DNA of 55,386 nt from contig QPGO01000006.1 of the NCBI GenBank assembly GCA_008632985.1, positions 496,001 to 551,386 on the forward strand. Reading direction: 5' to 3'. The position numbers were made by a program, and so were the translations under genes. Shown here piece after piece: positions 46,382 to 55,386 of the stretch. How positions within the stretch are numbered: position 1 is the first letter of the stretch; every line of letters starts with the position of its first letter. This DNA comes from Psammoneis japonica (lineage: Eukaryota). The notes below the pieces were generated by a model. It was not told the DNA's origin and did no database searches. It worked only from the letters and a program-made list of their open reading frames with translations.

Positions 46382-47539
46382 TCATAGATCAAGGAACTTG
46401 TCAATGTCTTCAGGAGACCAAGAGCTTTCGTCACTCAACGAAGAGTCGGTAAGGTCGTCAGTCTCCAAATTAGGCGGATCAAGACCGTCAATCTCCACAT
46501 TGGGTGGATCAAGGATCTGAACGTTGTTTGCACCCTCGTCTACAAGGACGGGAACTTCGTGAAGAGGGGCGGCGATGGTGCTCCTGTCGGCGAGGTCGTC
46601 AATCTCCACATTGGGCGGATCAAGGATCTGGAGGTTGATTGCGCCCTCGTCTACAAGGGCGGGAACTTCAGGAGACCCAGAGCTTTCGTCACCTAACGGA
46701 AAGTCGGCAAGGTCGTCAATCTCCAAATCAGCCGGATCAAGGCCCTCAACCTCCAGATTGGGCGGATCAAGGATCTGGAGGTTGATTGCGCCCTCGTCTA
46801 CAAGGGCGGGAACTTGATGAGGAGGGGCGGCGATGGTGCTCGTGTCGGCATGGTCGTCAATCTCCACATTGGGTGGATCAAGGATCTGGAGGTTGATTGC
46901 GCCCTCGTCTACAAGGACGGGAACTTCATGAGGAGGGGCGGCGATGGTGCTCCTGTCGGCGAGACCGTCAATCTCCACATTGGGTGGATCAAGGATCTGA
47001 ACGTGGTTTGAGCCCTCGTCTACAAGGACGGGAACTTCATGAGGAGGGGCGGTGATGGTGCTCGTGTCGGCAAGGTCGTCAATCTCCACATTGGGTGGAT
47101 CAAGGATCTGGAGGTTGATTGCGCCCTCGTCTACAAGGGCGGGAACTTGATGAGGAGGGGCGGCGTTGGCCCCCCTGGGGGCGTTGCGGCGATTCATCCT
47201 GTCGCGGCGCAACACATCTCGAAAGGCTTGAGCCACCTTTTGCCTTGCTCGCTCGGCACGCATCTCGTGCCAACGGTCGGTGGCTCGGTTCCTCCGAACA
47301 AATCGGCCACCATTGCTGTAGATCTGTTCAACAAGAGCGGTGGAGATTGTGGTTTTATCACGCTTGCTAGCAGCTTCATATGCGGCGCTCCTCTGACGAA
47401 CCTCTTGAAGATACCTCTGACTTCCCACATGGTTGTTCCTTTCAGCACCACGTTCCACAATGACATCACGATCGGTGACCGCATCGGGGATGGGATCGGT
47501 ATTGTCTGGGTATCGGGCGTCCATCGTGTTCAAATGCAA
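46382..47539 (-). CDS. DUF6824-domain protein with acidic ~40-aa tandem repeats
   Basis: DVIVERG...NHVG...K..IS..LV....GGRFV...W......ARQKVAQAFRD, followed by ~6 copies of VP.LVDEG...QILDPPN.E. Confidence 0.85.
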   Translation of the reverse strand: MHLNTMDARYPDNTDPIPDAVTDRDVIVERGAERNNHVGSQRYLQEVRQRSAAYEAASKRDKTTISTALVEQIYSNGGRFVRRNRATDRWHEMRAERARQKVAQAFRDVLRRDRMNRRNAPRGANAAPPHQVPALVDEGAINLQILDPPNVEIDDLADTSTITAPPHEVPVLVDEGSNHVQILDPPNVEIDGLADRSTIAAPPHEVPVLVDEGAINLQILDPPNVEIDDHADTSTIAAPPHQVPALVDEGAINLQILDPPNLEVEGLDPADLEIDDLADFPLGDESSGSPEVPALVDEGAINLQILDPPNVEIDDLADRSTIAAPLHEVPVLVDEGANNVQILDPPNVEIDGLDPPNLETDDLTDSSLSDESSWSPEDIDKFLDL

Positions 47540-47994
47540 ATGAATGATGCTAAATTCGTTTTATGAGAATTCTGTGAAAAAAAAATGAGGCTCTAGCGCG
47601 AGGGTTTCACCGTGTAACTTCTTTTATTTTTTCTCTTCATCCTGACAAGTACGCCCGAGACGATCGCCTCACTAGCGAGACTGAAAACAATCTTTTCCAG
47701 TGAGCTCAGTAGCGCCCACTTTTTCCTCTCTCTTGCGCACATCAAGCAGGGAAATCATCATCCGATTGTGTTGCCCCCATGACGTAAGCTGCCTTTTTCT
47801 CTTTAATATACAATGTCACAATATCAGTATAACACGACATAATGTGAGCGAAGCATCGAGTGAATTTCAGACGCTGATATGTGACGGCTTGACCCGAACA
47901 TGGTTGCAGCATCAATTGACACCGCCGATCCGTAGTGGCGGCGGCACATCCACAACATTGTCGTCATGCGAGCATGATAGAAGTACAGTAATAA

Positions 47995-50900
47995 CCCCCG
48001 TGAAGATTTTCGTCTGTTTTTTGTCCGTTCGTGCCCACAGGGGCACGAAAGGAGGCCACGCAGGACTGTACCAGCAAATCCTGTAGATGCACGTTTCCAT
48101 GCCAACAAGATTCATGAACCTCTCAAACGAAAAGAGACAATGGCGTCGTTCTGGATCAACGCCGTAGTTGCTACGTCTGAAACGGCAGCGCGCCGCTTTT
48201 CTGCTCGTAGACTTGTACGCTGTCCTGGTACAAAGGTCATTGCATGCATAGAGTCTACGATGAGGTCACACTGAAGGAAGAATTCTCGAGTTTGAATTCT
48301 CAGCAATCAACCGAGTTTGTTTACTTTCTATTTTTTTATGCTGCCAACCAAGTCTTACAATCACACATCCCTGATTCTACCTGCATAAGACGACACTGAG
48401 ATTTCAGTCCATGCATAAGTTCACTTGCACCAATGGATGAATCGGCGTTGTGCTCGGTGACGACGTCCGAATCAGATTGGGTGGAGTGTTTCAATCCAAC
48501 AGAGGACTTGAATTTTTGCGACGAGGATCTCCACTTGATTGAGGACAGCTTGATGGATGAGCATGATAGAACCGAGCAGTCAAAGGACCGTCCAAAATGG
48601 AAAGTGGACAATGATGGGAAAGATGTTAAGATTGCCTTTAGCCAAGCTCCCCAAAAGGTGTGGGAGACGGCCAAAGCCGAGATTACAGAGTGTCAAGGTT
48701 ATTCAGAATGGTTCCAAGGACGCAAGCATGCATTGACCTCCTCTGGTTCTGATGCTCAAGTTTCAGTTCACCTTAGATTGGACAAAGCGCGAGAGCAGAG
48801 GCAGTCGCATTGGGTGTGCCTTGAGAAGCATCTCGACACGGCATCTGGTGTCGAAGATTTGGTGTGTCAAAATGATGACGATGATACGGCACCGGCTCAG
48901 AATGACAACAATGATGCCACTGCACAATCCAATCCAATGACTGTTGGTGAAGGGAATGCTGCTGGCTCAGAGGACACCGATGATGATGACATTGTAGATT
49001 GGGCTGAGTTGGAAAAACACATAGATTCAGACATGGAAGAGGAGGAGCGGATTTCTGTTATCGAGAGTCGCCGTTGGGAAGCAAAGGAGGCGTTGAAGAA
49101 AGCAAAGGAAATTCTTAGTGATGCAGTTGACTCCACCAAACGAAATGAGGTGTTGCGAGCCAAACTAATGTCGGAGTTGAAAGCTGGCGAGCACAAGGAT
49201 CTCCTGAAGGCGTTCGTCAAACAAATGGGGTGGAAGGTTTGTAAGACGCACAAGGCAAACCTGAAAAACGCAGTCACGTGGCTAGAGTGTACCCCCGCCT
49301 CTCGACCCTACATCGTGCTGAACAAGGAGCAACTGAAGGCAAGCATGTGTAATTGCTGCTACTGACATTATTTTACTATAGATCTAACTGAGTCGCTCCG
49401 AACCATTATTTGCTGACAAAGGCAAAATACCGAGAATGTATTAACAGCACGATGCCGTCAAGTGTGACAAAAAACGATGACTTCATAGCGATTCTGAGCG
49501 GTGAAGTCTCCGCACCAGTTGCAAGAGATGGCGATAGTGAGCCAAAAACGCCACTGGAAGCAATGGTGAAAACCACTTTTCTTCCACCACTCAAAGGTGA
49601 GGCGGCGGAGCTCTGTAGATTGGGACATGAGATGGAAGAACAGTGCGGAAAAGATTTTCTTGGTGTTGCAAGCGGCGAAGGAGTGCGACTCGAAAACAGA
49701 TCCGTATTTGTTGCAAACAATCTCTTCAGAGCCGGCCTGCTACAGAAGCAAAATCGCCCTTGTCAAAAGGACAGTCCAGACTTCCTCTGCACTGGAACAA
49801 TAGACGATAAGCGAATCGTAGCGGTTGTCGAGATGAAGGCGCGTTGCAAATCTACTGCCGCCGCCAAGGAGTTACGCAAGTTCATACTTAAACGTTCAGA
49901 GGCAGTTCAGGTGAGCTGATGCACGGAATAACTATTTGATACTGTCGTTGTAACGGTAACTCACCTCAGTCTCCACGACTTCCTCGCTACAGTGCGCTCA
50001 TCATGCAAGCACCCTTGGAGTCAACCACGTCATTCTTGCCACTGGAGACAGAGTAGGCCTTACAGCAATGGTGGTTATTGAGTGCTCCGACGAGTTCCTT
50101 GAAAACTACGAAAAGTGCATCAACGACATGTACGAGTCGGCATTGAAGTGGGCGTACGAGGAGGGCGTCGACATTCCAACCGAAGAGCTCAAGGCTGCTG
50201 TGAAAACTGCACGAGTAAAGGTGGACTATGAGTCATTTATGAAATCAATTTACTTTTGGAAAGAACTGACGAAGCCTCAGTACTTACCACTCCCACCGTG
50301 CGAGAGGATCATTCCCATGCAGGATGCGCACTGGAACAACACCAAGCATGGGTCGGACGTCAAAACCCAGTACTGCCAAAACCTATCAGCCCCAATTCCT
50401 GTCACATCTGCCGGAGCTAAGGCATACGACCGCATGCAAATGACAGCACTATCCGACATCCACAAAGGCGCTACCATGTTTATTACCAAGGAAGATCTCA
50501 ACCAGTGCAATTCCCTTCACGACTTCAGAGACGATGCAAAGCACAAGATGAGCTTCAGAAAAGCACTCCTTCGATTGTCTAAGTTTTTCAAGAAGCTGAG
50601 CCAGCAAAATCTCCAAAGTGGAATTGGTTCTCCTTCGTCTTTTACAGGGATCGTTACACCATCACCAGCAACTCCAGTGCAGCCGCCGAGGTGGATGCGC
50701 GGTGAAATTCAAAAGGAACCAACCAATTTTGTAGCAAAAGGAACTGGAAAGTCTCCCAAGCGCTCTCACCTAGAAGCTCTACTGAAACCAAAGGACAGTT
50801 CTGAAGAGGTCCCTTCCAAGCGATTCAAGAGTTGTCGGGGTGTACCTGTGTTCAGAGCAAATGAAAACAATGGAAGTAAGAAAGGGAGTGGAGCTTTGGC

Positions 50901-51345
50901 GCGATGTATCATGTGCGACTCCAAGACACATTGGCATTGCTCTGGCTGTCGTCAATGGTATTGTTGCGATAGTCCCCGTCCGCAAAGCGCTGGAGTCCCA
51001 TACTTTCAAGATTCGTCAACGTACCGTGATGGGAAAAACAGGGATCGACCAATCGCCGGCGTGTACACATGCTTTATGCACTGTCACCCATCCATTGTGA
51101 ACCAGGGATAGTAATATGTATTTGTATTTAGTGAATATATCATCTTTTTGACCACCGGCGTAATTGTAGTACTTTGGAATATCATTTGTTGACAAGACGA
51201 GCGTTGTGTTGATGCTTTATCAATGAGAGCCGGTGTTTGTTTTGCACGTACAACTCGGTATGAAACCTACAGGGGCGTCGTTCGTGCCCACAGGAGCACG
51301 AACTTTTGCGTTCGTGCCCACACGCGCACGAAACTATCACGCGGG
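47995..51345 (+). mobile_element. piggyBac-like element (3351 bp) with YqaJ-like nuclease domain; TSD ATAA
   Basis: Ends CCCCCGTGA.. and ..TCACGCGGG, flanked by ATAA (47991-94, 51346-49). Subterminal TTCGTGCCCACA hairpin repeats. Coding motifs are listed under the next feature. Confidence 0.75.
48433..51111 (+). pseudogene. Fragmented or spliced transposase: YqaJ-like domain, piggyBac third-Asp motif and C-terminal Cys-rich domain
   Basis: WFQGRKHALTSS; KDSPDFL...VVEMKAR (PD-(D/E)xK); WNNTKHGSDVKTQ (cf. YN...GGVD..DQ); CIMC..THWHCSGCRQWYC...CFMHCH. Three collinear ORFs. Confidence 0.65.
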
Positions 51346-51667
51346 ATAAGGCCTCTCGCTCATGCGCGGGTGATGTGTATGATTCAATTTCTCCGCGGTC
51401 TTACCACAGTTGTCCGTATTTTTCTACATACGTAATGGCTTCGTCCATTAGGTACTGAAGCTACCACCCGCGTCTGAAAAGGCTACGTACATTTCAACGT
51501 AGATTTTGTACTGGACCCAAGAAATTCCAAAAAAATAAAAACGACGAAAGTTGTCCTTGACACTTGACACTTGACACACAATAACTATTGACGTTGTGTT
51601 GCTGCGAGCCACCCTTTTCCTATTGCAAGAGCAACGCAGTCGCTGTGAACAAGACACACGATCTACC

Positions 51668-53660
51668 ATGAGCGACTCCGATCCTGATGATGAGGTCAGG
51701 ACTGAACTCCTGGCGAATTTAGAGAAAGACATTTCTAAACTGAAACACGTGAACGCGAAGAAGGAAGTAAAGATCAAAAAGCTGGAAAAGGAAAAATTGA
51801 GCAAGGATAGACAGATCGAACAGCTGGAAAAGGAAAATGCGAGTAAGGATAGACATATCGAAGAGTTGGAGGAAACAGTCACGTCTTATCAAGGTAAGTT
51901 TCAAGTGGCGTCCCGACACCAGCACCTTTTCTCTCCTCGTTTCATATATGCGATGAATCGTCACTAATCATTTTTTCTCTGCGTCAAAGAATTCGATGAT
52001 TTTTTGAGTGAGCCCGCACAAGATGACGCAGCCAGCCCTCAAGGGCAAGCCGCGCAAGCCCCTGTTGTCTCGCCAGGAGGCAGTGGCGAATCGCACAATA
52101 ACGGTGCGAGGATCCGGGAATCTCTCCATATGTTCTGTTGTGTCAAGTCCGCCTAACACCTTTCTCTATTTCGCATTTCCAGTTTCAACAGATTCGTCAT
52201 CAGTTGCGCAGGTCACGGTCGCGGAGGGAGACTCCGAAAAATCATCCTCGCCGGTAACGAGTGCCAAAAGGACATCCAGCAAGCCCAAGTCCATTCCGCC
52301 CAATTCCGTTCATCTTCGACACCGAGCAAACAGAAATGCAACTGACGGACAAATGACGTCGCTGTGGAGAGAGTTTGTGCTAAGTCACGAGACGGTGGGT
52401 GATATGAATGCACTTGAAGTAAAGCAACACTTTTATGAGTTTTTGCTTCACAAGTATTGGCAAGAGTTTCTCCAGAGTTATGACGGCGATCTGAATGCTC
52501 CCGACGTGGAGAAAAGGTTCGATGAATACATGCAACATAAGCAATATGCAAGAAATCCGCGTTTCTTTGTTTGCATCGAGCGGGGAGGAGAAAACAAAGG
52601 GTACGGGGACCTATGTGTGAACTCCACCGGCAAACGGTTCCGAGAAGCAAAAGACGTTGATATCACTAACAACGTCAATGACTTGAGACGAGATCGGAAG
52701 CGAAAGCGAAAGCGAAAGAGACCTCCCAGCCAGGATGATCACTATGAAAAGGATGACAACGAGAGAGACGATGATGATGACGACAGCGACCCTAAAGGAG
52801 GAGGAAAGAATAGGGGTAAGCGTCAACGCAAGGCGACCGGTACACCCCGAGCTGTTTGTCAAGATGAAGGAGGGAGCGGAACAGCTCCTGGCGACAGCAC
52901 AAGCACAAATGGGCAAAGCAGAAATTGTTCGAAAGACTCGGCGTCATCTGAAGATAGTACAGAAAAAGATGAGCGTCGAAAGGAAGACGAAGTATCCTTC
53001 AATGCATTCGCTAGTGTCGGAGCAAACGGCGACGACGGAAAGGAAGCAAGATTCTCGGTGGTTGAAGTTTTTATTCCGGCTACCGACGCTTCAGTAGTGT
53101 CTCAAATCACCAGTCATTGTGATTCACCCGGATCCCCTACTGCAGCAACTGACTCGTCTAATGAAAGTCGGGTTGCGGATTCTCCAAAGGAACCTGCTAC
53201 TACCTACGAATTGCCGGACGCTCCCAGCAGCACTCAGATTAATTTCCTACCTTCATCGCCTTTCGATGTGTTTTTAGGAAGAGGCAAACGAAATCATGAA
53301 CGAAATCGTTTCTTTCACAAGGCTATCGAAGAGAATCGAAAACGATACCGCGAGGCTACCAAGCAAGAAAAGACTAGCATCGCACAGGAAATTACAAATG
53401 GGGTACGATGCAAAGGAGGGAGGTTTCTTCGAAAAGATGACGCAACAGGAATGTACGTCGAAGCCAGCGAAAGGGTGGCTAGAGCAAAGGTGAGTCATGC
53501 ACTGCGGGCACCAAAGCCCGCTTGTCCATCGCCGCAACAAGGTGCTTATAAGAAGAAAGAGAGGGTCATTCATCAAAGTGATCAAGGAATTTTCGAGAAT
53601 TTATTTTCAAGTCAACGTCAAATTTATCAAGAGCTGTTGGAGTCGAAGGAGGATACTTGA
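51668..53660 (+). CDS. Coiled-coil protein with C-terminal DUF6824; introns 51894-51989 and 52104-52182
   Basis: Two phase-1 GT..AG introns with CTAA(C/T) branch sites give a continuous frame. DVFLGRG...GGRFL...ARAKVSHALR; NLS-like RKRKRKRKR. Confidence 0.8.
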
Positions 53661-54006
53661 TTGAACATGCTCTTGTGGATCTGCCCAACGTGAGCAGATT
53701 AAGGCGACGCACCTATCCAATACATTACAGGTGACCTCGATCATCTATCACTTTATTAACAGACACATAGAGATACATCCTTTCCCTTTTCTCATTGCTA
53801 TGGACACTAGATTGGCTCTGGTGGTATCCTCCACAGCATCGCCGTCAAGTTGGGTCTGCAGGAGATGACGTGACAGCGTTTGGGCGTTTGCTCAAAATGG
53901 AAGGTTGCAGAATTGTTCCGGTTGTATGCTCGAAGCCAAGGATTCAGAGCTGGAACAATCGTCACCAGAGGAACTGACCACGCACGGATCTGAACCCAGG
54001 CGAAAT

Positions 54007-54121
54007 ATGAAAATCTTTGTCAAGCTTATGACTGGTAAGACCATCACTCTAGCCGTTGACGCATCTGATTCTGTTGACAACGTCAGGACCAAGATTCAGG
54101 ACCACGAAGGTATCCCCCCCC
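54007..54121 (+). CDS. Divergent ubiquitin-like domain, truncated by gap
   Basis: [38 protein letters not shown]. Confidence 0.8.
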
Positions 54122-54637
54122 NNNNNNNNNNNNNNNNNNNNNNNNNNNNNNNNNNNNNNNNNNNNNNNNNNNNNNNNNNNNNNNNNNNNNNNNNNNNNNN
54201 NNNNNNNNNNNNNNNNNNNNNNNNNNNNNNNNNNNNNNNNNNNNNNNNNNNNNNNNNNNNNNNNNNNNNNNNNNNNNNNNNNNNNNNNNNNNNNNNNNNN
54301 NNNNNNNNNNNNNNNNNNNNNNNNNNNNNNNNNNNNNNNNNNNNNNNNNNNNNNNNNNNNNNNNNNNNNNNNNNNNNNNNNNNNNNNNNNNNNNNNNNNN
54401 NNNNNNNNNNNNNNNNNNNNNNNNNNNNNNNNNNNNNNNNNNNNNNNNNNNNNNNNNNNNNNNNNNNNNNNNNNNNNNNNNNNNNNNNNNNNNNNNNNNN
54501 NNNNNNNNNNNNNNNNNNNNNNNNNNNNNNNNNNNNNNNNNNNNNNNNNNNNNNNNNNNNNNNNNNNNNNNNNNNNNNNNNNNNNNNNNNNNNNNNNNNN
54601 NNNNNNNNNNNNNNNNNNNNNNNNNNNNNNNNNNNNN
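54122..54637. other. Assembly gap (N run)
   Basis: Run of n characters. Confidence 1.
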
Positions 54638-54825
54638 TTGCTGCACATCTGCTCTCTGGCTCTTATACTCGTGGATATCCTCGTCGTCGTCTCCGCTCCC
54701 AGCACAGGAATAAAACTTGCGTCCGTGATTGACCATCATGGAGTGTTTGTACACTTTCTGATTTTCACTCTCTGTGCTTTGCAATATAACAGGGTTGTCA
54801 TGCAACAGTGCTTGAAGAGTAAAAA

Positions 54826-55386
54826 GCGCCTCCCAAAAGAAAGAATGGAGAAACTGAACGAAGTCGATATACCCTCGAGTGATACGGAAGAAACATGGGA
54901 AACCATGTTTTCACTGCTGGAAAAGTACAAGAAAGAAAGTGGTGACTGCCTTGTTTCCCTCTCGGTCCCACGCCTTGCAAGATGGGTAAAAGAGCAACGC
55001 AAAAAGAAGGGGTGCATGCTGGAATCTCGGAAAGAGCGACTGGATTCTCTTGGGTTTGTGTGGTCAGTCCCAGAAGCCAGATGGGAGAGTATGTTCAAAG
55101 AATTGGGGAGACTACCGACCGTGTTTTTACCGACAAAACGGCATTCTCCTATTCTATTCTGTTCGTGCGTCGAACTCATTTTTTGTGTTCTTTCACGTTT
55201 CTTCGCGGCACGGCAAATTTATTGCATGCGGATGGAATACAGGAACAAGACGGGTCATTGCAACGTACCCAAACGATATCCTTCAAATCCGCAGCTTGGG
55301 CGCTGGGTTCATAATCAGCGCCTTCGTAGTAACCAAACCCCTCTTCATCGCCTGGAAAGACTGGAAGCTGTCGGTTTTTTTGTGGA
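54826..55386 (+). CDS. Helicase-associated (HA) repeat protein, runs off window (not in ORF track)
   Basis: Own translation: WETMFSLLEKYKKESGDCLV...LARWVKEQRKK...RKERLDSLGFVW...WESMF...YRNKTGHCNVPKRYPSNPQLGRWVHNQR...RLERLEAVGFLW. Confidence 0.8.

Noticed and set aside
46382..47170. Regular repeats as a CRISPR array
   Set aside because: Contiguous in-frame coding repeats without unique spacers; eukaryotic context and no cas genes.
54049..54805. ORFs spanning the N run
   Set aside because: They are open only because of the assembly gap.

Overview
Eukaryotic DNA, very probably a diatom. This is inferred from two DUF6824-type proteins, helicase-associated (HA) repeats, short GT-AG introns and compact, mostly intronless genes. 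Ordinary gene islands encode an ankyrin protein, two paralogous membrane proteins, a ZnF-RAI1/DXO-like protein, FabI, a PDZ protein, a triple NTF2-like protein, a dual-specificity phosphatase, an ARF-like GTPase, a GNAT, an SDR and DUF6824 proteins. These alternate with sharply bounded blocks (about 1-3960, 4353-5400, 9720-13510, 30420-39810, 42870-43800) almost free of TpA and partly depleted of CpG. Highlights: (1) a TpA->TpG/CpA hypermutation of repeats and pseudogenes, seen directly by aligning internal duplicates and opposite in direction to fungal RIP; (2) a head-to-head pair of a beta-carbonic anhydrase and a protein with 18 H-x3-C-x-C-x2-C repeats, both with mitochondrial-type presequences and sharing a promoter with five TGACGT (CCRE-type) motifs; (3) a piggyBac-like element carrying a YqaJ/lambda-exonuclease-like domain; (4) two MITEs with visible TIRs and TSDs. 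All family calls come from motif recognition by eye, not database searches.
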